Below are positions 41,708-54,092 of a stretch of 64,000 nt of DNA, one piece after another. The notes beneath the pieces are model-generated. The model was not told the origin of the DNA. It did no database searches and saw only the letters and a program-made list of their open reading frames with translations. The translations under genes and the position numbers were made by a program. The first letter of the stretch is position 1, and the number at the start of each line of letters is the position of its first letter. Source of the stretch: Octopus sinensis (Eukaryota); assembly GCF_006345805.1 (NCBI RefSeq), contig NC_043003.1, positions 44,206,001 to 44,270,000 on the forward strand. Reading direction: 5' to 3'.

Positions 41708-41747
41708 AAGAAATTTGAAAAGCTAAACGCGAAACCGGTCATTTCTT
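41708..41747 (+). ncRNA. Minimal type I hammerhead ribozyme in the Penelope pLTR (U3:A8 core variant)
   Basis: AAGAAAT [TTGAAAA] GC-taaac-GC [GAAA] CCGG [TC] ATTTCTT: perfect 7-bp stem I, 2-bp stem II, palindromic ACCGGT stem III, GUC cleavage site after 41740. Confidence 0.8.
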
Positions 41748-41903
41748 CTAAATTATGTCATTGTAAGGAAAAAAAATTATAATATTCTTCAGACATATTG
41801 ACTCAAATATATATTTTTTAACCTTTTAAAACAAGCCTTCTGTAGTCTTTTCACTTTTTACTATTTTCTATATATTCAACCACGTGCTTTCACAAACCAA
41901 CTT

Positions 41904-42002
<99 letters not shown>

Positions 42003-43354
42003 GTTTATATATGTATATGTAGCATACGAACATGCATACATGTATGTATTGATATATATACATTTCGAAACGGGAATTAGATAAAGCAGAGGACAATTAA
42101 TGATTGGAATGTTCTTTATGTTGCCTCTTTTGTTTCTCTGTTTGTTACCTTCGTTGTTCGAACAAAAGTTCGTTTCCCATGTTTTTGTTTTCTATATTCT
42201 CGCTTCCCATTTTTTTTCATTTTTTTACGTCCTGTACGCATAGATGCATGAAAACCTACACAAATATGTACCCATACACACACACAAACACACAAACACA
42301 CACACAATTATATATAGGGAAAGATGTGTGTTGAGTAAGTTCTTCATTATTCTTCGTTTTTGCCTCCCTTTACATCGACTTCGTGTTCTATTGAGGTGCA
42401 TACTAGGTTGTGCCTTATTGCAGAATGTTTCAAATATATATTGCTAAACGTTGACCTGGATAGATGTCCGACATGAGTCATCGTAACTGAGCCCTAAGAT
42501 TTATTCCTTAAATGAGCAACTAATAGAGAGAACCATGACATTCTTTTCTTCTCAATTCTTCGTAACACTAAAATTCTGCTCCGTCATTTCGTCAGTTCCA
42601 TCATTAGCATATTCTCATGTTCTATCTTAGAAGATCAGGCCCTCATTTGTATGGGCTGTGGAAGTGAATTAGTTTCATTCAAAGTTGGGAGTAGGTCTAC
42701 AATTGCAACTCATCAGCATGCCAACACTTGATGGACTATGAGGATTAATGAATTACATGTAAGATTACGCCAAGAAATATGATTCTTGGATATTAACGCA
42801 GTTCTCTCGAATCAGTCATATTGAAGTTTATTTCTTGCCGCAATTGTTCGTAGCAGTAAAGCATGAATATCAAACATGCATTAAATGAAATAGAAAACCT
42901 GTTATAAAGGCTGTGATCAAATACTTATAATATTTGCCGGAGAGCCATATAAATCAACGAGTATACAGAATATCGGAAAAGTAGTCACCAACCTCATCAT
43001 GCATCTATTTCTTGCGAGTTATCTAGCATCTTAGTTTACCTTTTATTCGAAAGTAAAAATATAATCTTGTTAGATGAACATCAATCGATCTTGCGTCAGT
43101 CGTGGTTAAAGCCTTTTTTTTCTAATTGGCTCTAGGTATAAATACATATGCATGCATCTTATAACATATACCTATATGTATATAGACAGACGGACAGACA
43201 GATACATATATAGATAGATAGATAGGCAGACAGATAGATAGACAGACATACAGAGAGAAAGAGAGACAGACATATAGATATATAGATACATACATACATA
43301 CATACAAACATACATACATACATACATTCATACATTCATACATACATACATACA

Positions 43355-43387
<33 letters not shown>

Positions 43388-43499
43388 CACACACCTCCGT
43401 CCTCGTTACACGAGAAAGGCCATTGCCAAGAAACACTTACTGAAATGATACATGATTATTGTCATGTGATGCCCTTATATGACTTATAAGCCCGAGCAA

Positions 43500-44000
43500 G
43501 CTTTAACACATTGTATTACATACTACACAACTCTGATGGCTGGCAGGAGAAATACTTCCACCATATGCACACTCTTGAAATGTCTTTTTAGACCTCCAAC
43601 TGAGAGGCACATCCTTCCACTTTTGACACACGTTCTGTTACGAATTTTAATAGCCTCATCATTGTTTATCATGGGTCCATTTCTTTGAGAATTTTGATGG
43701 TTCACCCGGCCTGGACGACTCCAACACCTCCGCCCACAAATCACACATATAAAAACCAACACTCTGTCACTTTCCACAGGTACCCCCTACTAAGCCCTTT
43801 CCTAATTCTCTCATACCTCACTCTCTTCCTCTCAAACTTTGAACTGCCATCAAGCACTAACTTCCTCCATCCATTACAGTCTTGTATCTCCCTCTCCCCA
43901 TTACCAGCTGCAATTCCTGTCTGTATTAGTGTCTTTTAAGGCAATCTTTAAACCTTAGTTTAGGCTTATGCGCTTGTCTCCTGCCATATCCTAGCTCACC
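43500..44000 (-). mobile_element. RTE-clade LINE 3' end
   Basis: YGELGYGRRQAHKPKLRFKDCLK..WRKLV, then FICVICGRRCWSRPGRVNH and CVKSGRMCLSVGGLKRHFKSVH (C2H2-like fingers). 5'-truncated at a (TACA)n tract. Confidence 0.85.
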
Positions 44001-45875
44001 ATACATACATACATACATACATACATACATACATACATACATACATGCATACATACATAATACATACATACATACATACATACATACATACATACATACA
44101 TACATACACATACATACATACATATAAAACTGTTTCTATTTAGATATTGCACTTTATCCCTGATCTGTATTTTGTCTGTATTTTTTTCTTTAATGATAAG
44201 AATAGGGGCTGCTAGACTTTTTTTTAAATCTTAGTTTTAACCATTCATTGCATTCTGGTTCCCTACTTTTTACGTGCTCCTCTTCTTTTCAACCGACTTT
44301 ATAGTAGTTATATATATCTTTCTACATATTTCAATTCTTTCATATTTTACTTCTTTCTACATATTTTACTTGTAGCTAATATACCTAGCTTCTAGCTAAT
44401 ATAAACTGCTACCTATTGTACTTCGCCAAACTATTTTACATCTCTCGCACTACAGAAAATAACCCGCATGGGACTCAAATCACTCATGCATTACTCTTAC
44501 TCTTTCTCTCATATCTGGTCCTCTTTATCACTTCTCTTCCTAATCATTTCTAATTTTGATGAATAATGTTATGACATCTATAATTGTTTATATCTTCCTA
44601 GAATGGACAAGTGATAAAACTGTTTACTTCCCTTCTCAAAGCATTAAACGTCTTCCGTTTTAAGCAGTAATCAAAGGAATTTATTGTTGGCTATATATTT
44701 TAATGAGGTAACGCATAGGTTTAGAGTTGAAATCAATTTTCGTAGATTTGTCGGTGTTTTATTGCATGTGTACTGATAATTATTAGTAAGGTTGAATCAA
44801 AATGGCCGGTTACCGAAACTCTACATAACCACCAGTAGTGTGAGGTAAGTGCACTAGTAAAGTTATTTAGTAAGCATTCCATTTAAAGAGTGCTGAGTCT
44901 ACAGATACAGATAAGATGTGAGGTGATATGAAATGAGATCAGTCTACACATTATATGACAAGTTATAATAAACAACTTCTGATATCTGATAAAACTATGA
45001 AAGAATGAAAATCATGAGAGAGCATCTGAGAAATTAAGAATCCAGATTTTTATACCTGGAAGTTCAGGTCAAAGGATTGAATAGCGGCACTATGCATTAC
45101 TATGCAATTTGTATTCTTAGCTCAAGCTACACAGAAGACAGAACTTCACCATTCATTAATATCCCGAGGGGTATTCACCCATTAAGTCAAATAAGGTGAC
45201 CTATCAAGAACAATCACAGGAATCTAATCTGATATTGAGCCTAAAAAAGGCTTAATATCATTATCATTGTTGCTCTTGTTGCTGTCGCAGTTATACCCTT
45301 TAATGTAATTACAGGGCGTGGTCTTGAGTGAAGTTTATAATATACGACCTCAAATCCCCACCAACCTGACTTCAAACCATAATGAACTGAAATGAAAACA
45401 TAAAAAATTATATTTTAATATCAGGAATAATATGAATATTATAAAATAAAAATGGAAATCTATCATGAAGGTTCGACCGATCAATCAATCAATGAGAAAT
45501 ATCGTACTGTTGTTTTGTTTAGCTTTATAATTTTTATTTGACGGTGATATGATATTTTGTTGTTGGTTATTTTTTGTAAACATTAATCCAATCTTGTGTC
45601 ACGTGGTAAACTTCTTTAATCTCATTGATTGGATTACAAAGTAGCTATCAATTTTTAATCAATTTCGTCTGCTTTACAAAAGAAAAGAAATAATGACACA
45701 AAGACTCGGAGGAACACGCGCGTACACATTTAATCACACGTTATTCATATAAATGTTCGTGTTAAGCACATTCTTTGCGTTGAAGCGTGACACACAATGG
45801 AACCTACGCATACAGATGGAAGAGACAAAACTCCTTCTCACATATACGTAACCATATATAGAAACATATATATAT

Positions 45876-45909
<34 letters not shown>

Positions 45910-46091
45910 CGCATACACATACATATATATTAATATATATATATATACATATGTATATTAATATATATTATATATACATATATATACATATATATATATT
46001 AATATATATATATATATATATATATATTAATATATATATATATATATAATATATATATATTAATATATATATATATATATACATATATATA

Positions 46092-46145
<54 letters not shown>

Positions 46146-46911
46146 ACGCACACGTCACACTAAGATGGCACTAACTACCAAAAATGATTAAAACAGAAAT
46201 AAAGGACTGTGTTATTAAATTCCAAATCATTCCACATCAATGTCCTTCATACACAAACAGTCTTTTATATGAATATTTGGATATGTTGTGCTTTATTTGT
46301 ATTTTTCTCTCTATATGTTTTTTTCTATACGCGTTTTTTTTTTGTTTTTTGCTATTTATTATTTATTTGCTTTGCTGGTTAGAGTTCAAACAATAACCAA
46401 ATTAGCTCGATTATAAAATATAAACTTGATTTATGAGGAAAAATCTAGATAAAATATATAAAAGTAAAACAAAAACAAAATAGAGAAAATTTAATTAAAA
46501 CTTTTTGGTTGTTATTTTTATTTTTATTGTGAGGTTGACGATTTATTGATTATTAAAAACAAATTTTACTACATCAAACAAAACGAACAATATTTTCTCG
46601 AAAATAATTTTATTGGGAGAATCTTGAGGCCATTTTGTTATTTACATAAATATTTACACTCCTTCTTCGTCACTCGCCCCCTCCGTCTATTTAGCTTATG
46701 TCCCTCTATCCTGGTACACGTATTAATTAATTAAGATGTCTAGATAAAGTGTTTTTCTTCCTTTATGTGCTATTTTACAATATAAATATATCTGATGTCG
46801 CTAAGAAGGATACATTATAAATTATAGTTTTGTAGTTATATACACATTAACTATAGCGCCTATGTATTGTTACCCATGTACATATATGTGTTTATATATA
46901 TATATATATAC

Positions 46912-46947
<36 letters not shown>

Positions 46948-47228
46948 GTGTGAATATATATATATATAATATATATATATATATATAGATAGATATAGAT
47001 AGAGAGAGAGAGAGGAAGATAGACATAAATATATATATATAAGTATATATACATATAAATGTATAAATAAATACATACACACATATATAAATATATGTAT
47101 ATATACATATATATCTGTACACATATATACATACATATATATATGTATATATATATATACATATATATATATATTATATATATATATATATACATATATA
47201 TATCAGCACACATATAATACATACATAC

Positions 47229-47304
<76 letters not shown>

Positions 47305-47329
47305 ATATATATATATATGTATATATATA

Positions 47330-47369
<40 letters not shown>

Positions 47370-47570
47370 TAGAGACATAAATAGAAAGACGTATAAGCAC
47401 TTCGATAGATGCAAATGAAAATAATAATAATAATAGCAATACTGAAGACAATGTAAGGGTTATGATGTACATAGTATGTTTGATATCCATATATTAGTTA
47501 AATATTATACATACACACACGCACATATATATGTATATGCGGGTACGTATGTATGGAAATAGTTATGCAC

Positions 47571-47625
<55 letters not shown>

Positions 47626-50428
47626 TATATATATATATTCATATATTTATATGTGTAGAGTGAATGTGTGTGCTTCTGCTTGCGTATCAACAATCAACTG
47701 ACCTTCTTTTGTCTTGAGACTGAAAAGAGTCGTTTCCCGTACCATCTATTCATAACTTTTGACACTCTTTTTGAATTTACGATACAGTTAGACAATTACA
47801 ATTTCATTCATGTCCATTTTTTTATTTCCAAGAGAGGATGTTAATGTGAAACAAGTAGCAATATTTTGAACGGCTTTGTTTTACTCCTACGTAGATTCAG
47901 TTATACTGTATAATAATTTCGATGCCGTTAACTGGTTGCATATTATTGCAATTTCGTATCAATTTATTATTGACGATTCATTAAATAGATTCTAGTTGTG
48001 ATCACTTGACAAATATAAATACTACAAGACTGAACATTTTTCCTAAGGGATTTTCATAACATTTCAAATTTTTATAAGTGTAAGAAATGTATCATTTGAG
48101 AAGCCCTATTAACCATAGTAGACTAACAATGAATTGTCACTCTAGAGTGGCTAGAGTCTTGTTAGTTAACACTAATATGATTTCGTGGGTTCAAAAGGAC
48201 AGCATACGAGTGAAATATCCGTATTTATTGAATGAATTGTGCTCTCGGAATTTGAATGTCGATTTGGAGTGACATGCCTTATCTTTTTCTGGACGGAATT
48301 TCTTTACAGACTTGGAACTTGGAAATTTGGCCGACACATGGAAATCTAATATTTTGAATCACCCAATCATTCAGGAAGACTTAGTGTGCAAAGGTAATCA
48401 TGAGAAAAAGCATGTGGAATACACTCTCACAGACAAACACACATGCACATACACACATACAAACAAGCTCACATACACATATGCACACGCATCACAACAC
48501 ACACATACACAAACACACATGCATATATTGATATAAACGCGTGTATGTGTGTATGTGTGTGTGCGTGCGTGTGTTTGTGGAGAGGAAACGGAAAATAAAG
48601 ATATAATCTAGATAAACATATAGTAATAACTTCAGCAAGCTGAACTATTTTCAGCAGAGGTACGGGGCAACATAGAATCGAATGAAATCGAAGCTTCTCA
48701 AAACACTAACAAAACCCCACCTAACAAGTGGACATATTGTTTAAAGAACAATGGTAGAGGCTGCGCTCATGTGAAACTCAGAATATGGAATACATACAAG
48801 GAAGCAATGTAACTCACGACTATGCTTTCTATATTTTTTAGCCCAATTGTTACACAATGAAATAAAATTGATTCCCCTTCAGTTATACTAACTAGAATAT
48901 TCTGGCACCTTATATTGGGGCTATTTCGGATAATGGCATAACATACATAAAGGTTAAAAACGTATAAACAGGGATTCATTTTATACTATAAACAAATATT
49001 GAACCACCTTATACGTCATTACCACTTTCACTGAAAAGAAAAAAAAAACAACGAAATATATGAGAATAATAAATCTTGGCTGATTTAAAACTGAAATGAT
49101 TGAAGAGCTGGGAAAATAGATAGATGAGAAGAAAACATCGTTCATTGCAGCTTTCAAGAATCTCGATCATATAGATGACAGCTTCTATGAAGACTTCTTA
49201 AAACAGTAACTCTGATATTCAGTTCTGATATTCAATATTCACTCTATTCCAGATATATCTTCAAAATAAGTGATTGATACCTAGCGTTATACTGCATGGT
49301 TTAACATATTAATGCTCGGGATATATGGTTAGTAAAATTGCGATTCTTTTGAAAGAGACTCTTCCTGCTTCGTGTTAATGCTTTGTAAAGTGGTGTATTA
49401 GAAGATCATCGAACGAGATATTTAACATTGGTGTACTTAGATTGTCTTAACGTATCTATTCTGTCATTTCTCTTGAAGGTGCAACTTCTCCTGAACGGCA
49501 GACTTTCTCATGGCGAATTTCGGAGGCATGTTGATAGCGATTTGTTAAAAACACAACTGCCAAAAATGTTAGCAAAAGAAAACTTCGTATACAGACGCAG
49601 GTAGTTGGGGCGGTCATGGCTTAATTATGCAACCGAATGAATTATAATACAACATTAATTTCATCTGGTGACGGAAATAATCTTTCTCACAACTGTGAGA
49701 TATACATTCCTGCGAACGGATACCCGACTAAAATCTGTCAAAATGGAAAGAGAATGGGATTTATTAAGCGGTATTAGGGATATGTTTTTGGAGTATTTTA
49801 AAGGAAGAAGGAAAGACGGGGAGAGGAAAAGTGAGAAAAGAATACAGAGAGAAAGAGAGACAGACAGAGAGTCAAAAAGTGAGATACAAAGAAGGAGATG
49901 GATAAGAGGAGTTGAGAGAGAGAGTGACACAAAGAAAAATGTAGGGAAGTTTGTGAGACTGCGATTTAAGAGGTAAATAGAGGCAAAGAAAAGTGTAGAT
50001 GGAAATATGAGGTTACTTTGATACATGACTGGAGAAGAAGAGCATACTGAAGGAAGAATTTAACTTTATACGTATGCCATAAAGAAAAAAACTACAGTAA
50101 GCTACATTTTATTACCGTGTAAAATAAAATAAAAATATATTAAATAACATTTAAATACATACTTTATATTAATATGGATATTTTTTTTAGAAAAACTGAA
50201 GATATAAAAAGAATATATTTAAAATATTTCTCTCCCAACTCTCTCCTCTCTTTATATAGACACATGTATACACACATACACATACAAACGCATATATGAA
50301 CACGAACACAACATAACTACACACACATGTATCTATTGATTTTTGAGGAAAAATCTCTCGGTAATGACGTATCTACGAATGTGTTGCGTGTGTGTCTATG
50401 TATGTGTGCGTGCCTATGGAAGTATATA

Positions 50429-50494
<66 letters not shown>

Positions 50495-50719
50495 TGTGTG
50501 TGTGAGAGTGTGTGTGTGTATATGTATGTATATGTGTGTGTCTCTATATTTTACGTTTGTATGTATTTGAATCTACTCTTTTTAGTCAGTGGTCATACAT
50601 ACACACACACACACATAAATATATATATACACTAATATTATACATATCTATATATATATATAATATATATATATATATATTATATATATATATATTATTA
50701 TATATTGTATGTATATATA

Positions 50720-51760
50720 TAAAGACCAAGTGCATGTACGCCGCTATATTTTTTTATATATAAAACATACGAAAATGGGTCAAGAAAGCAAAACATTGAC
50801 AATTTGCTGATACAAAAGAGGGACAACAAATTATCCTTATAGACGATAGAAAGAAAACAAGAATGCGTCATTCGGAGTTTTCTATGCTTAGTCAGGTTCC
50901 AGATCATCATTGCATCTTTGCAAGACACCTGTTGTTATGTCCTGTTTTTGTTTCTATTAGTGTAACATTCTCCGGTTTTTGTCCTCGTTTTCGTATACAT
51001 TCGTTGCTTTTTTCCAAGCTATCCAATGCTCTTAGCTTAGTATTTACTTGTGGCTGGCCAGATTGGAGCAATCTGGAGTATATCCAGCCGAAATTGCAAT
51101 GATCTGGATCTCGACTGATAATAGAAAACTCCGAGCGCCCGTATTTGTTTTTTTTTCTTTTTGTATCGTGAATCTCGATGTTTTGTTGTCCCCTTTTTTA
51201 TCAGCCAACTGTCTGGATGCTTTGCATTCTTGTCCCATTTTTGCATATTTTATATATAAAAAATATAGCGGCGTACGTACACTTTGGTCTCTTGTATGTA
51301 AGTATGCATTTATCTAATTTTGTACGACTCTATTATTCTTTCATTCTTTCCTTCTTTCTATCAGCCCTTTCACGCTTACTTCGTTCATTCCGCTCTTCGT
51401 TCTATCGTTCCTTTTCTCTCACATTTCCTGATCTTCTCTTCATGCTCACTTTCCCTCCTCTTTTCACATCACTGTGTCCCTTTCAGTTTTATCGCCTCTC
51501 CTTTGTTTTTCTATCCCTCTGCCTCTACCTATCTCTCTTCTCTCCCGACGTGACCGGTTTTCGTCCAAGCCTAACCTTCCTTTCTGGTTTCGACTACCAT
51601 CCGTGCTACATCTATATTCCTCCCTGCAAAATCCTATGTTCCTGCCGTAAGGCTTTACTTCCACACACGCCAGCTTAATTTAATTCGTCCTTAGGCGAAA
51701 GGCACATGTTGTCATGTTCTTTGTATCGTCTGTCTGGATGTTTTGCGTGTTTTTTATATT
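50720..51760. repeat. Inverted-repeat cassette in pLTR-like repeat DNA
   Basis: 50720-50796 is an imperfect reverse complement of 51216-51292; the motif ctgtctggatg(c/t)tttgc recurs at 51209 and 51730. Confidence 0.65.
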
Positions 51761-51978
51761 TTTTATATTTTTTATATATAAATAAATATATGTTTATATA
51801 TATATATATATATATATATGAATAATTGAGTAGTTGAATGAATTATCTTATTATGGATAATTCGGTTAACCGATACCTGGGTAGCAAATTCACGTCAGAA
51901 AAACACGGTTGAAGCTACATGCCTAGGGCAGAGATCACGTGCTATTGTGTGGAAATGTGTATGTTTTTTAAAATACAA

Positions 51979-52058
51979 ATAAATGAAAGAATGGAGTCGA
52001 ACGACGAATTAGCAAAAATAAAGAATTTTGCTAATTCGTCGTTCAGCTCCATTCTTTC

Positions 52059-52064
<6 letters not shown>
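51979..52064. repeat. Near-perfect palindrome (39-bp arms, 8-nt loop)
   Basis: ataaatgaaagaatggagtcgaacgacgaattagcaaaa / ttttgctaattcgtcgttcagctccattctttcatttat; only a 2-nt mismatch. Confidence 0.95.
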
Positions 52065-52109
<45 letters not shown>

Positions 52110-52159
52110 AATACACGCACACACCCACACACACACATATATATATCATATATATAAAG

Positions 52160-52560
52160 CACAGGAGTGGCTGTGTGGTAAATAGCTTGCTTACCAACCG
52201 CATAGTTCCGGGTCCAGTCCCACTGCGTGACACCTTGGGCAAGTATCTTCTACTCTGGCATCGAGCCAACCAAAACCATGTGACTGGATTTGGTAACAGA
52301 AATTAAAAGAAGTTCGTCCTTTATCCCTCACTATATATAATCCTATATTTATATGTGTATATGTTTGTGTGTCTGAGTTTGACCCCCCCCCCCTTCCAAC
52401 ATCGCTTGACAACCGATCCTGGTGAATTTACGCCCATGTAGCGGTTCGGCCTAAGAGATTGATAGAGTAAGCAATAGGCTTACAAAGAATAAGCCCTGGA
52501 GTCGATTTGCTCGATTAAAATCGGTACTGCAGCATGGCCGCAATCTAATGAGCGAATCAT
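52160..52560 (+). mobile_element. Near full-length tRNA-derived SINE (Octopus-type)
   Basis: Head aggagtggctgtgtggtaa..ttccgggtccagtccc; internal (TA/TG) tract; catcgcttgacaaccgat; tail cggtactgcagcatggccgcaatctaatga. Confidence 0.9.
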
Positions 52561-52593
52561 TTAAATTTAAAAAAAATAAATATATATATATAA

Positions 52594-52643
<50 letters not shown>

Positions 52644-52670
52644 GTGTGTGTGTGTGTGTGTGTGCGTGCG

Positions 52671-52841
52671 TATTTAGGACTAAAAAAACACTAGGTGGAT
52701 AGCCATATGCTAGAGAATATCACATATGATCTAACTACAAAGGAAGAATTTTCTCTGGAGAACATTCTTTCTTTGTAGTTAGATGGTATGGGATCTTCTA
52801 GCACATGGCTATTCATGTAGTGGCTTTTTAAACCCTAAATA
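52671..52841. repeat. Imperfect 170-bp palindrome (foldback)
   Basis: tatttagg..atagccatatgctaga..atctaactacaaaggaagaattttctc mirrored by gagaacattctttctttgtagttagat..tctagcacatggctat..cctaaata. Confidence 0.9.
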
Positions 52842-53060
52842 TACACATATTTTGAATTTTTCTTCTGATTTTTCAGATTTTGTATATGCTAGGCTACTGG
52901 TTTTACATTGATATTAATTTTAATTAATATTCAATTTATCTCCTCATTATTTAAACATATATATATATATATTACATATATATATATATATACATATATT
53001 TATATACACATATATATGTACATATATATATACATATATCTATATACATATATATATATA

Positions 53061-53100
<40 letters not shown>

Positions 53101-53210
53101 TCGTGTACATTAAAAGACATTAAGAGGCTGCCATCATAGGTAATCAACTAATTAGGAATAAATTCACGACGGGAAAGAAAATTAAAAATACTTGCCATCT
53201 AATTCTGTTC

Positions 53211-53276
53211 CTAGACCATGGTTTCTGACTTATTTCAGTATAAAAAGGATTTAATGAGGCCAGTCTTCATCGGTAG
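53211..53276 (-). ncRNA. Hammerhead-like motif (U4C core) inside an inverted repeat
   Basis: Reverse complement CTA [CCGATGA] aGACT..AGTCa [GAAA] CCATGG [TC] TAG; flanked by inverted arms 53145-53190 and 53301-53346. Confidence 0.55.
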
Positions 53277-53369
53277 TTAGCCATTAGATTTTCAATTAAA
53301 TGTTCTTAATTTTCTTTCCCTTCGTGAATTTATCTCTAATTAGTTGTTTGAGTTGTTTACTGCTCTTTA

Positions 53370-53755
53370 TTAGAAGCACTCCGTCGGTTACGACGACGAG
53401 GGTTCCGGTTGATCCGAATCAACGGAACAGCCTGCTCGTGAAATTAACGTGTAAGTGGCTGAGCACTCCACAGACATGTGTACCCTTAACGTAGTTCTCG
53501 GGGATATTCAGCGTGACAGAGAAAGTGACAAGACCGGCCCTTTGAAATACAGGTACAACAGGAACAGGAAGTATGAGTGAGAGAAATTTCTGGTGAAGGA
53601 GTACAGCAGGGATCACCCCCATCCCCTGCCGGAGCTCGTGGAGCTTTAGGTGTTTTCGCTCAGTAAACACTCACAACGCCCGGACTGGGAATCGAAACCG
53701 CGATCCTATGACCGCGAGTCCGCTGCCCTAACCACTGGGCCATTGCGCCTCCACA
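53370..53755 (-). mobile_element. Well-preserved tRNA-derived SINE (third family)
   Basis: Reverse complement head gtggaggcgcaatggcccagtggttagggcagcggactcgcgg..ggtttcgattcccag with A box TGGCCCAGTGG and a B-box-like GGTTTCGATTCC, followed by a GC-rich body. Confidence 0.9.
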
Positions 53756-53899
53756 CTGTTCTTTATAGTGCAAGGCTTTCCCATGATGGAAGCCTCTTAA
53801 TGTCTTTCAATGTACACGATATTTTTATATGAATAATATTGACTAATTTTTTTGCGCTAGGCCACTGGTAATAAAGATTTCTATAATTCTTATTACTCT

Positions 53900-54092
53900 A
53901 AAATAATTTTCTAATAAATATTTCAGTACCGCTTTCAGTCATAAAGACTGTTTCAACTGTAAGTAGGAAAAAATTAATTTTTTAAAAGGTTTTTTTTTTC
54001 ATTTTTCCTACATTTAATTGTTCCCATACTTACCGTTGAAAATGTCTCAATGACTGAAACAGGTACTGAAATGTTTTTTATAAAATTATTTT
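53900..54092. repeat. Inverted repeat (about 67-bp arms), each arm carrying a decayed hammerhead motif
   Basis: 53900-53966 vs 54026-54092. Left arm reverse complement: cag TTGAAAC agtc-tttat-gact GAAA gcgg TA ctg. Right arm: ccg TTGAAAA tgtc-tcaat-gact GAAA cagg TA ctg. Confidence 0.75.

Larger units (their letters stand above)
40778..41900 (+). mobile_element. 5'-truncated Penelope-like element: inverted pseudo-LTR, GIY-YIG endonuclease C-terminus, pseudo-LTR
   Basis: 40778-41121 is the reverse complement of 41526-41869 (about 340 bp, few mismatches) and flanks a GIY-YIG coding segment. This is the standard structure of a truncated PLE. Confidence 0.92.

Noticed and set aside
44700-44850. 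Possible exon ending at GAG/GTAAGT (about 44843)
   Set aside because: A good donor consensus but no open frame or acceptor I can support; such sites occur by chance.
46155-46205. CTAAGATGGCA-ctaac-TACCAAAA..AATAAA, possible very decayed hammerhead
   Set aside because: Needs three or more changes to reach consensus, so it cannot be told from chance by eye.
49661-50026. Overlapping 121-aa and 102-aa ORFs
   Set aside because: They derive from a degenerate GA-rich tract (RE/LS runs) with no domain signal.
53690-53755. tRNA-like sequence on the minus strand
   Set aside because: It continues into a SINE body and lacks a proper acceptor stem end, so it is a SINE head rather than a tRNA gene.
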